DNA from: an uncultured Chloroflexia bacterium | GTDB taxonomy: Bacteria > Chloroflexota > Anaerolineae > Anaerolineales > Anaerolineaceae | Direction: 5' to 3' | Length of the DNA: 32,000 nucleotides | NCBI GenBank assembly: GCA_963704755.1 | Contig: OY969938.1 | Location: forward strand, 3,000,001-3,032,000 | Shown: in pieces, positions 8,257 to 16,576 of the stretch | Layout of the letters: the number at the start of each line of letters is the position of its first letter | Position numbering within the stretch: position 1 is the first letter of the stretch | The notes under the pieces: generated by a model | Database searches by the model: none | Seen by the model: the letters and a program-made list of their open reading frames with translations, nothing else | What the model was told of the DNA's origin: nothing | Made by a program: the position numbers and the translations under genes

Positions 8257-10309
8257 GACGCTGCGCCGCTGGCTCCGGCGTCCGCTGGATGACCGCCTGG
8301 TTCCATTGTTGCTGCTGGTGCTGGCCTTTCTGGCTTATGGCCTGTTGTTCCTCTGGCAGGGATATTACTGGGACGACTACCCGCTCACCTGGACTGCCCA
8401 TACCTTCGGCCTGGCCGGCCTGGCGCGCTATTTTTCCACCAACCGGCCCTACTGGGGGCTGCTCTACCAGCTTTCCAACAGCCTGTTGAGCGCCCAACCC
8501 TGGCAGTGGCAGTTGTTCGCCCTGTTCTGGCGCTGGGCCGCCTCGGTGACCTTCTGGCTGGCGCTGCGGCGCCTGTGGCCCGGCCGCCGTTCGACCACTA
8601 CCCTGGCGGCGGTGGCCATTTTGCTTTACCCGGGCTTCGGCCAGCAGGCCATCGGCATGGTGTATGGGCATTTCTTCCTGGTGCTGACGGCTTTCCTCTT
8701 TTCGATCTACGCCAACCTGCGCGCCTTGGCCGGACGGCGGGCAGCCTGGGCCTGGACGCTGGCTGCCCTGGCGGCCTCATTCCTCAACCTGATCACCCTG
8801 GAGTATTTTTTTCTGCTGGAGCTGATCCGCCCGGTATGTATCTGGCTGGTCAATAAAGGCGACAAACGCGGGAAAGAACGCCTCAAGTCAGCATTTTGGG
8901 CATGGCTGCCTTACCTGGTGCTGTTCCTCGGGGTGGGCCTGTGGCGGGTCTTTTTCTTTACCTACCAGACCAACAACTATGCCCCCAGCGGACTGGCGAC
9001 GCTCAAGGCCGCGCCGCTGGCCGGGTTGATCCAGTTGATTGGGCGGGTATTCGGCCAGGCAGCCCTGGCCGGTTTCGCGGCCTGGGCCAAACCGTTCACA
9101 TTTTCCTTCCTGGCCGGGTTGGGCAAAGCCAATACGCTCATCTACCTGGCGGTTGGCCTGGCCGGCGCCGCTTTGACTGCCCTGGCCCTGTGGAAGCAGG
9201 CCCATGAGACCGCCGGCCTGGAAGGCCGGCGCCGCACCGCGCTGGAAATGGTTGCCCTGGGGTTATTTATCCTCTTGATCGCCGGCGGCCCATTTCTCCT
9301 GACCGGCCTGCCGGTTAAACTGGTCTTCCCCAACGACCGCTTTACCCTGCCTTTTATGGCCGGGTCGGCGCTGGTGCTGGCCGGGCTGGCCCACTGGATT
9401 CTGCCGCGCTTCAAAGGGCTGCGGGTGGGCCTGCTGGCGCTGCTGCTGGGGCTGAGCTGCGCTTACCTGTTTGCCAACAGCACTTCCTATCGCCGCGATT
9501 GGCTCACCCAGCGGGCCTTCTTCTGGCAGCTCACCTGGCGCGTCCCCCAGTTGCAGCCCGGCACTACCCTGATGTCCAACGACCTGCCGGTGAGCTACTA
9601 CAGCGACAACTCGCTCAGCGCGCCGCTCAACTGGATCTACGCCCCTCAGAACCAGACCGAGGAGATGGACACGATCTTGCTCTACCCCTCCCTGCGGGTG
9701 GGGCTGCCTGAACTGCCCTCGCTCGACCCGGGCACACCCATTCACATCGATTACCTTTCGGCCCAGTTCGACGGCAGCACCGACCAGGTGGTGGCGCTGT
9801 ATTACCAGCCGCCGGCCTGCCTGCGCATCCTCGACGGGCAGGTGGAGGCGGATAACCTGTTCGTGCCCCTGCAAATCCGCTCGGTCGCGGCCAGCCTGAG
9901 TTCGACCCGCTGGATTATCCCCGACCTGGCCCAGTCGGCCGCGCCGATGGCAGAGTATTATGGCAGCGAGCCGGCCCATGGATGGTGTTATTATTACGAG
10001 AAAGCCGACCTGGCCCGCCAGCAGCAGGATTGGCAGCAGGTGGTGACCTTGGGCGACCAGGCCTTTAGCCTGAACGATTATCCCAATGATCCGGCCGAGC
10101 GCATGCCGTATATCGAGGGGTACGCTCACCTGGAGCGCTGGGGGGATGCCCTGGAGCAGACTCGCCTGGCGGCGGACGTTTCGCCGGTCATGCGGCCGGT
10201 ATTGTGCAGCTTGTGGCAGCGCATCGATACCCAAACCGGGGCGAGCGCGCAAAAACAAGCGGCTGTCCAGCAGGTGGATGAACTGCTGGCCTGTAACACG
10301 CAAAAGTGA
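8249..10309 (+). CDS. GT-C-fold membrane glycosyltransferase candidate (ArnT/PMT-like) with a soluble C-terminal domain
   Basis: I place the start at the ATG at 8249 (MIETLRRW...), which overlaps the GT2 stop by 8 nt. About 470 aa contain many hydrophobic helices. An acidic YYWDDYPL motif follows TM1, as in GT-C enzymes. The C-terminal ~200 aa are hydrophilic and helical-repeat-like. The assignment rests on architecture, not a search. Confidence 0.6.
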   Translation: MIETLRRWLRRPLDDRLVPLLLLVLAFLAYGLLFLWQGYYWDDYPLTWTAHTFGLAGLARYFSTNRPYWGLLYQLSNSLLSAQPWQWQLFALFWRWAASVTFWLALRRLWPGRRSTTTLAAVAILLYPGFGQQAIGMVYGHFFLVLTAFLFSIYANLRALAGRRAAWAWTLAALAASFLNLITLEYFFLLELIRPVCIWLVNKGDKRGKERLKSAFWAWLPYLVLFLGVGLWRVFFFTYQTNNYAPSGLATLKAAPLAGLIQLIGRVFGQAALAGFAAWAKPFTFSFLAGLGKANTLIYLAVGLAGAALTALALWKQAHETAGLEGRRRTALEMVALGLFILLIAGGPFLLTGLPVKLVFPNDRFTLPFMAGSALVLAGLAHWILPRFKGLRVGLLALLLGLSCAYLFANSTSYRRDWLTQRAFFWQLTWRVPQLQPGTTLMSNDLPVSYYSDNSLSAPLNWIYAPQNQTEEMDTILLYPSLRVGLPELPSLDPGTPIHIDYLSAQFDGSTDQVVALYYQPPACLRILDGQVEADNLFVPLQIRSVAASLSSTRWIIPDLAQSAAPMAEYYGSEPAHGWCYYYEKADLARQQQDWQQVVTLGDQAFSLNDYPNDPAERMPYIEGYAHLERWGDALEQTRLAADVSPVMRPVLCSLWQRIDTQTGASAQKQAAVQQVDELLACNTQK

Positions 10310-10328
10310 ATTTTTGTAAAAAGAATTT

Positions 10329-10423
10329 AACCACGGAGGACACGGAGTTTTAAGAAATTAATTTGGGAGAGGAATTTTTTAACTAATTCTTTCTTTCCTC
10401 CGTGCCTCTGTGTCTCCGTGGTG
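10329..10423. repeat. Imperfect inverted repeat of the ccacggagg/ctccgtgg family flanking an AT-rich spacer
   Basis: aaccacggaggacacggag (10329-10347) faces ctccgtgcctctgtgtctccgtggtg (10398-10423). Same family as 121-160 and 7115-7188. It lies between the GT-C gene and galE. Confidence 0.6.
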
Positions 10424-10461
10424 TATTTTGTGGTTTATTTTGTCTTTTTTTGGAGGATGTC

Positions 10462-11476
10462 ATGAAATTTTTGATCACCGGTGGGGCGGGGTATATCGGC
10501 AGCACGATCGCATCGGCTATGTTGGATGCCGGGCACACGCCCATTATTCTGGACAGTCTGGCGACCGGCAAGGCCGAGTTTACCCTCGGGCGCACTTTTT
10601 ACCGGGGCGATGTGGCCGATGTGGCCTTATTGGAAAAGATTTTCAGCGAACACCCGGATATCCAGGCCACCATTCACTGCGCGGCCTTGATCGTGGTGCC
10701 CGAGTTCGGTCGAGCGGCCGTATGAGTATTACACCGAGAACGTGGCCAAATCGCTGACCCTGTTCCATACCCTCAACCGCCTGGATTACAAACGGGTGCT
10801 GTTCAGTTCCTCCGCTTCGATTTACGACATGGTGCCCGATTTCATGGTCACCGAAGAAGCGCCGCTGAATCCGTCCAGCCCGTACGCCCGCACCAAGTAT
10901 ATGATGGAAATGATTCTGCGCGATTTCTGCATTGGCTATGGCATGCAGGGCATCGCTTTGCGCTATTTCAACCCCATCGGGGCCGATCCCAAGATGCGCA
11001 CCGGCATCCACGTCGAGCGGCCCTCGCACGTGCTGGGCAAGCTGGTCGATGTGGCCCTGGGCAACCTGCCCTATTTCGAGCTGACCGGAGTCGATTGGCC
11101 CACCCGCGATGGCAGCGGCATCCGCGATTTCATCCATATCTGGGACCTGGTGCAGGCCCATCTGGCGGCTGTGCTGGATTTCGACGGGGCCTTCGCACGG
11201 GCCGGCAACCCGGCCGACAATTACCTGGTCATCAACCTGGGCACCGGCCGGGGGGTGACCGTGCGTGAGCTGGTGACGGCCTTCGAACGGGTGTATGGCA
11301 AGCACATCCCATTGAAAGAGATGCCGCCCCGTCCCGGTGACGTGGCCGGCGCCTACGCCAACGCCGATAAAGCCGCGCGGGTCCTGGGTTGGAAAGCACA
11401 AAAGTCCACCGAAGAAGCCATTGCCGACGCGCTCAAATGGGGCGAAGCCCGCAAGAATATTTTAGGATACGCATAA
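10462..11476 (+). pseudogene. galE: UDP-glucose 4-epimerase, split by a 1-nt frameshift near 10705-10706
   Basis: ATG at 10462 follows GGAGGA. The N-terminus reads MKFLITGGAGYIGS ... HCAALIVVPE and then hits a stop. Removing one T from gagTTcggtc restores PESVERPYEYYTENVAKSLTLFHTL, which joins in frame to track ORF 10742-11476. That part carries SSSASIY, YARTK (YxxxK) and the RYFNPIGA motif. Confidence 0.85.
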
Positions 11477-11492
11477 AACAGGGTATGGAATA

Positions 11493-11547
11493 CCCGGAAA
11501 AGATCAGGCCGCAGCGGCAAAGCCGCTGTGGCCTGATCTTTTCCGGG
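11493..11547 (+). terminator. Long hairpin downstream of galE (putative terminator)
   Basis: cccggaaaagatcaggccgcagcgg-caaag-ccgctgtggcctgatcttttccggg. Stem of about 25 bp with one G-T pair. A T-run lies in the descending arm. Confidence 0.6.
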
Positions 11548-11701
11548 ATACTTTCGCGGGACAATAGCCATAATCAATTATCTGTTGCATCCCCTGGCCA
11601 AATCCATTATCCTTTAAATAATAATCGTAGCAAAGCGTCTTCTGTTTAGCAGAATTGCCAAACAGAGACGCAGACCACCTTGTCCGCGGTGGAGATTAAT
11701 T

Positions 11702-12772
11702 ATGGAAGACAACCGTACCAACATTCAGGTCAGCATCGAGATCGCGTTGGAGCCGCAGGAGGCATTTAAAATTTTCGTCGAAGAGCTCCATACGGCCTTG
11801 CTCCCGGCCGGGATCGTGTTCGAGGCCAGGGATAACGGCCATGTCACGGCGGATCACTTTGAGGTTGGACAGGTATTGGTCTGGAAGCCGGGCGAGCAGG
11901 TGGTGCTGCACTGGCACCAGGCAGAATGGGCGCCAGATGAGACCACCCGGGTGGATATGCTTTTCGAGGTCATCCCTGGCGGGACGAAGGTGACCTTGCG
12001 CCACATTGGTTGGGGCAGTTTGATCGGCGACCCGGGTGAGCTGGCCGGTTGGTTTGCCAGTGAGGTAGCGGCCAAACTGCTCAAATCCACGGCCCCGGTC
12101 GAGCTTGGGGATTGGATCACGGACCGCAGGGCCCGGCGGCCGTCCGGCGCACATTCACGGGAGACCTATCGCGCCCCGTTGTTCCATTACCCCAATTTTG
12201 GCGCAATCCTGGCCGAGATTGCCCTGACCCCCCAGGATTACCTGCTCGAGGTTGGCTGTAGCGGCGGCGCCCTATTAAAGGAAGCCTTGAAAAGCGGCTG
12301 CCGGGCCGCAGGAATCGACCACAGCCTGGATATGGTCCAGCTTGCTCGCTCGGAAAACCATGCAGCGCTGGCTGAAGGACGGCTGGAGATCCGCCAGGCC
12401 AATGCCGACCAATTACCTTTTATCGATCAACGGTTTACCTGTGCCGTCATGACCGGCGTGTTGGGGTTCCTTCCCCATCCGGTCACCGCATTACGAGAAA
12501 TCAGGCGGGTGCTGGTTCCGGGCGGGCGGTTTATGGCCCTGGGCAGTGATCCGCGCTGGCGTGGTACGATGGCCGCTCCCGAGCCAATGGCCTCCCGCCT
12601 GCATTTTTACAGCGATGACGAATTGAAACAATTGGCGACCAGGGCCGGTTTTAGCAAGGCAGTTGTGGTTATGCGTGACGTGGAGCCTTATGCCCGCCAG
12701 GCCGGAATCCCGGAAGAGTACATGGGCATGTTTTCCGGTCCCACCACTCAATTTCTGATCGCATGCAGGTGA
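11702..12772 (+). CDS. Fusion protein: SRPBCC/AHSA1-like domain + class I SAM-dependent methyltransferase
   Basis: The N-terminal ~140 aa resemble the Aha1/SRPBCC ligand-binding fold. The C-terminal half has methyltransferase motif I (LLEVGCSGGALL) and later motifs (FTCAVMTGVLGFLPHP, LVPGGRF). GGAG-type RBS before the ATG. Confidence 0.7.
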   Translation: MEDNRTNIQVSIEIALEPQEAFKIFVEELHTALLPAGIVFEARDNGHVTADHFEVGQVLVWKPGEQVVLHWHQAEWAPDETTRVDMLFEVIPGGTKVTLRHIGWGSLIGDPGELAGWFASEVAAKLLKSTAPVELGDWITDRRARRPSGAHSRETYRAPLFHYPNFGAILAEIALTPQDYLLEVGCSGGALLKEALKSGCRAAGIDHSLDMVQLARSENHAALAEGRLEIRQANADQLPFIDQRFTCAVMTGVLGFLPHPVTALREIRRVLVPGGRFMALGSDPRWRGTMAAPEPMASRLHFYSDDELKQLATRAGFSKAVVVMRDVEPYARQAGIPEEYMGMFSGPTTQFLIACR

Positions 12773-12784
12773 TTGCGGGCTGGA

Positions 12785-13153
12785 TTACAGCCCCCAACTG
12801 ACGACCCGTTTGGGGTGGATGCGGAACATTTCGTTATCAAAGTCGGGACGGACGGTTTGCCCACCGGTCACCAGGACCTCGACTTCCCCACGTACTTCGA
12901 GGCCGCGGGCACGCCAGGGATTGGTCGAGGCCACATCGTCCACCACGAAAGCCACCCTGGGATTGGTTTGCGCATCGTGAAATTTTTTGCGTTCGGCAAA
13001 GTGATGTCCACTGACGTCGATGGTATCCAGTTCAGGATTAAACCGAAACGCGACCGGAACCACGTGCGGTTGGCCGTTCGGACCGACCGTGGCAAGGCGG
13101 CCTAACATCTGGTTTTGTAAATATTCAATCTGGGCAGGAGAAAAAGCGCTCAT
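12785..13153 (-). CDS. PPOX-class (pyridoxamine 5'-phosphate oxidase-like), probably F420-dependent, small oxidoreductase
   Basis: LGRLATVGPNGQPHVVPVAFRF, KFHDAQTNPRVAFVVDD and GLEVRGEVEVL are typical of the split-barrel PPOX family. 122 aa. Confidence 0.75.
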   Translation of the reverse strand: MSAFSPAQIEYLQNQMLGRLATVGPNGQPHVVPVAFRFNPELDTIDVSGHHFAERKKFHDAQTNPRVAFVVDDVASTNPWRARGLEVRGEVEVLVTGGQTVRPDFDNEMFRIHPKRVVSWGL

Positions 13154-13270
13154 GGCAACCTCGTATTTTTCTTTCAGTATAGCCAGACACGCAGCCGAGT
13201 CCTAGCCGGACAAATGGGCAGGGGTGAGATCATTTTATTGGCTGGAAGGTTCACGTAAAGGAGTACAGCG

Positions 13271-13699
13271 ATGGCGGAGTTGAAAACAAAACCTACCGAA
13301 GAAAATGTCGAAAGCTTTCTGAATGGAATTTCCGACGAGAAAAAGCGCCAGGATAGCTTGGTCATCCTGGAATTGTTCAAGAAAATCACCCAAAAAGAGC
13401 CGCGCATGTGGGGCAGCAGCATCGTTGGCTTTGGCCATTACCATTATCATTACGATAGCGGCCGGGAAGGGGATTGGTTCGTGACCGGTTTTTCGCCCCG
13501 CAAGGATGCGATTACGCTCTACCTGGTGTACGGCCTGGAACGTTTCGATGACTTGATGAGCAAATTGGGTAAATATAAAACCGGCAAAGCCTGCTTATAC
13601 ATCAAAAAAGTCGAAGACATTAATCTGGACGTGCTCAGCGAGTTGATCAAGCGATCGGTGGAGACGATGAAGATGAGGCAACTCGGGCTGAAAACCTAA
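13271..13699 (+). CDS. DUF1801 (YdhG-like) domain protein
   Basis: KPTEENVESFLNGISDEKKRQDSLVILELFKKIT..PRMWGSSIVGFGHYHYHY.SGREGDW matches the DUF1801 pattern. AGGAG RBS. The TAA stop at 13697-13699 abuts the first repeat unit. Confidence 0.7.
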   Translation: MAELKTKPTEENVESFLNGISDEKKRQDSLVILELFKKITQKEPRMWGSSIVGFGHYHYHYDSGREGDWFVTGFSPRKDAITLYLVYGLERFDDLMSKLGKYKTGKACLYIKKVEDINLDVLSELIKRSVETMKMRQLGLKT

Positions 13700-14210
13700 G
13701 CGAGTCTCCAGCCCCCCCGGCTTTGAAAGCCGGGCTACATGCTAACCGCGTTTTGGGATGGTAGCTCGGGTTTCTAACCCGAGAGGTATCACCAGGATTC
13801 CGGTTTAACAAAAGCGGATATGCCGGCCGGGATGTGGGCTCGTTTCCGAATCCAAGTGAGTCTCCAGACCACCCGGCTTTGAAAGCCGGGCTACATGCTA
13901 ACCGCGTTTTGGGATGGTAGCTCGGGTTTCTAACCCGAGAGGTATCACCAGGATTCTGGTTAAACAAAAACGGATATGCCGGCTGGAGTGAGGGCTCGGT
14001 TTTAGAATCCAAGCGAGTCTCCAGACCCCCCGGCTTTGAAAGCCGGGCTACATGCTAACCGCGTTTTGGGATGGTAGCTCGGGTTTCTAACCCGAGAGGT
14101 ATCACCAGGATTCTGGTTAAACAAAAACGGATATGCCGTCCTGGAATGGCGGCTCGGTTTTCAATCCCAAGCGAGTCTCCAGCCCACCCGGCTTTGAAAG
14201 CCGGGCTACG
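13698..14210 (+). repeat. Tandem array U: 3 full + 1 partial copies of a ~157-bp composite REP unit
   Basis: Units start at 13698, 13854, 14011 and 14169 (partial, 42 bp). Each begins aagcgagtctccag..cccggctttgaaagccgggCTAC-22 nt-GTAGctcgggtttctaacccgag-aggtatcaccaggattctggtt... The units are near-identical to each other. Confidence 0.95.
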
Positions 14211-14267
14211 CAAATTCCGATCCGAAAAATTGATTTCGGTTTGGTTGGACTAATATAAAATTTGTTT

Positions 14268-14789
14268 ATGTCCAAATATCACCGTTATTATTTGCCTAAT
14301 TCTTCGGTTTTTATCACTACCGTTACACGCAAACGAGAACCTATTTTCGAAACGCCCGCAAATCAAGAACTCTTTCTGCAAGTCGCGGAAAATGTTAAGT
14401 GCCTCTATCCATTCGATTTAGATGCCTATGTAATCATGCCTGACCATGTACATATGTTGCTTTCCCTTTTGGAAGGTTCATCTAATTTCTCTGTGATTAT
14501 CCATAGCCTGAAACGGAACTTCTCTTGGGAATACAAAAAACTATGGAATATTTCAGGCTCCGTAAGGATTTGGCAAGAAAGATTTTGGGACCATTTAATT
14601 CGGAATGAAACAGATTATGAAAGGCATATGGATTACATCCATTACAATCCGGTAAAGCATGGGCAGGTGAAGTCGCCCAGTCAATGGATATATAGCAGTT
14701 TCAATTTTTGGGTCAATAAAGAGGTTTATCCCATGTATTGGGGAGATGATCAAGTGCCAGGAAATCTTAAAGGGGCCGAATGGGGATGA
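14268..14789 (+). CDS. REP-associated tyrosine transposase (RAYT / TnpA_REP; IS200-like Y1 HUH enzyme)
   Basis: HUH motif in VIMPDHVHMLLSL. RAYT-typical C-terminal block WQERFWDHLIRNETDYERHMDYIHYNPVKHGQV, with the catalytic Tyr in YIHYNPV. About 173 aa. Single gene with no TnpB partner, flanked by REP arrays. I prefer the ATG at 14268; the track starts at TTG 14262. Confidence 0.9.
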   Translation: MSKYHRYYLPNSSVFITTVTRKREPIFETPANQELFLQVAENVKCLYPFDLDAYVIMPDHVHMLLSLLEGSSNFSVIIHSLKRNFSWEYKKLWNISGSVRIWQERFWDHLIRNETDYERHMDYIHYNPVKHGQVKSPSQWIYSSFNFWVNKEVYPMYWGDDQVPGNLKGAEWG

Positions 14790-14838
14790 GTTTTGTGGAT
14801 GCCGGAGATCGTTTGGGGAGAGCATAAGGTTGAATCCC

Positions 14839-15476
14839 AAGCGAGTCTCCAGACCTCCCGGCTTTGAAAGCCGGGCTACAAACGGACACGCTATGGAATG
14901 GTAGCTCGGGTTTCCAACCCGAGGGGTATCACCAGGATTTTGGTTTAACAACAGCGGATATGCCGGCCGGAATGAGGGCTCGTTTCCAAAACCAAGCGAG
15001 TCTCCAGACCTCCCGGCTTTGAAAGCCGGGCTACAAATGGACACGCTATGGAATGGTAGCTCGGGTTTCCAACCCGAGGGGTATCACCAGGATTTTGGTT
15101 TAACAACAGCGGATATGCCGGCCGGAACGAAGGCTCGTTTCCAAAACCAAGCGAGTCTCCAGACCTCCCGGCTTTGAAAGCCGGGCTACAAATGGACACG
15201 CTATGGAATGGTAGCTCGGGTTTCCAACCCGAGGGGTATCACCAGGATTTTGGTTTAACAACAGCGGATATGCCGGCCGGAACGAGGGCTCGGTTTTAGA
15301 ATCCAAGCGAGTCTCCAGACCTCCCGGCTTTGAAAGCCGGGCTACAAACGGATACGCTATGGAATGGTAGCTCGGGTTTCCAACCCGAGGGGTATCACCA
15401 GGATTCTGGTTTAACAACAGCGGATATGCCGACCGGAACGATGGCCTGTTTTCCGAATCCAAGCGAGTCTCCAGAC
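14839..15476 (+). repeat. Tandem array D: 4 full + 1 partial copies of a ~155-bp composite REP unit (sub-family distinct from array U)
   Basis: Units start at 14839, 14994, 15149, 15305 and 15461 (partial, 16 bp). Same architecture and orientation as array U. It has its own spacer (aaa[c/t]gga[c/t]acgctatggaatg) and a different REP loop (tttccaac). Confidence 0.95.
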
Positions 15477-15913
15477 TTCGTTCCCCCTTGTTGAAGCTGC
15501 GAAGAATTTTCGGGCCCATCTCCATCGCCATGAAAGAATGGATTTCTAGAAATTCGTCGCGTATCGGGATTTCTTCGCATCCTCGAAAGGGGGAATGGCG
15601 CGTCGTTTCTTGCCCCCTTCGTAAGGGGGGTGGGGGATTCTTGAATTGGCCTGAGAACCAGCCAATTAGATTAAGTGTTCTTTTTTGATTTTCACTAAAG
15701 CCGGGTTGCTGATTTTGAACCAAAACCAACTCTGATTCGACATACCCATGGCGATACCTTTTTGGCGTTTACCGCGTATACATTAAAGTTCCATTAACTC
15801 AGGCTTATGATTCATTTAATGACCGGTTTGGTCATCATCCCATCGGAAGGGTTGCGTTATAATAAAATACGAAGGATGGAGGCAATTGAACCTCCATCGT
15901 TTAGGCTTAAGCG

Positions 15914-16558
15914 ATGATCCAACAAGTCACGGACATGTTACGGGAATTCTGGTTTTCGATGTTGACGCCCCAGGCGATACTGCCCCATTTGTGGCTGTAC
16001 CTGACCCTGGTGGTTTTGGTTATGCTGGAAGGCCCTGTATCCATTCTGGTTGCTGCTGGGGCCGCCTCAACCGGGTTCTTGAACCCGCTGCCGGTGCTGA
16101 TCGCCGCCACATTGGGCAATTTGATCGCCGATGCTTTGTGGTACAGCCTGGGTTATTTCGGAAAAATCGATTGGGTACTGAGCCGCCGCAGGTGGTTTGG
16201 TGTGGACCCACAAAAACTTAAATCATTGAAGGGGATCATCAATCGTTACGCCGTCAGGCTGCTGATCTTTGCAAAAGTCACCAATGGCTTGATCGTCCCG
16301 GTGTTGATCTCGACGGGAGTGGCACGCGTATCCTGGCGACGCTGGTTCCCTATAATTCTGGTTACGAACATTCTGACGAGCATTGCAATGGTGTTGATCG
16401 GATTTTTCATGGCATCCAGCTTACTCCACGTTCAGCAGGGCATTCGTTATGTGGCTATTGCCTCCACGCTGGTTCTGCTGTTAGGCGGATATTTTCTGTT
16501 TCGACGTTTGCTAAGCCGCAGCGACTTGCTCGCCTCGCTCGAAGGCCAGAACCAGTAA
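15914..16558 (+). CDS. DedA/VTT (SNARE-associated) family membrane protein
   Basis: 214 aa with multiple TM helices. LEGPVSILVAAGAASTGFLNPLPVLIAATLGNLIADALWYSLGYFGK resembles the DedA core re-entrant region. Confidence 0.65.
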   Translation: MIQQVTDMLREFWFSMLTPQAILPHLWLYLTLVVLVMLEGPVSILVAAGAASTGFLNPLPVLIAATLGNLIADALWYSLGYFGKIDWVLSRRRWFGVDPQKLKSLKGIINRYAVRLLIFAKVTNGLIVPVLISTGVARVSWRRWFPIILVTNILTSIAMVLIGFFMASSLLHVQQGIRYVAIASTLVLLLGGYFLFRRLLSRSDLLASLEGQNQ

Positions 16559-16576
16559 ATTGTTTTGAGGGGTCGT

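Larger units (their letters stand above)
13698..15476 (+). mobile_element. REPtron-like locus: RAYT gene embedded between two direct-orientation higher-order REP arrays
   Basis: Combination of the three features above. The GTAG-footed hairpins match the known substrate logic of RAYTs. Confidence 0.7.

Noticed and set aside
13698-15476. CRISPR array interpretation of the regularly spaced hairpin repeats
   Set aside because: The whole ~156-bp period is repeated, so there are no unique spacers. The hairpins are REP-like with GTAG feet. No cas genes are present, and the embedded gene is a Y1 transposase.
13647-15729. Minus-strand ORFs (13647-14012, 14595-15044, 14945-15199, 15100-15729) with repeated PAYPLLLNQNPGDTPRVGNPSYH peptides
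   Set aside because: They are read-throughs of the tandem REP arrays. One even overlaps the RAYT gene antisense. Their periodicity equals the DNA unit, and no start or RBS context is present.
15477-15913. Possible gene remnant or small RNA in the 440-bp spacer after array D (hairpins cccccttcgtaaggggg at 15613-15629, aattggc-10 nt-gccaatt at 15644-15667, gatggagg-caattgaa-cctccatc just before the DedA start)
   Set aside because: Only short, unrelated hairpins are present, with no convincing promoter/terminator pair. The ORFs are under 70 aa with odd composition, and I recognise no family. It is not supportable without expression or conservation data.
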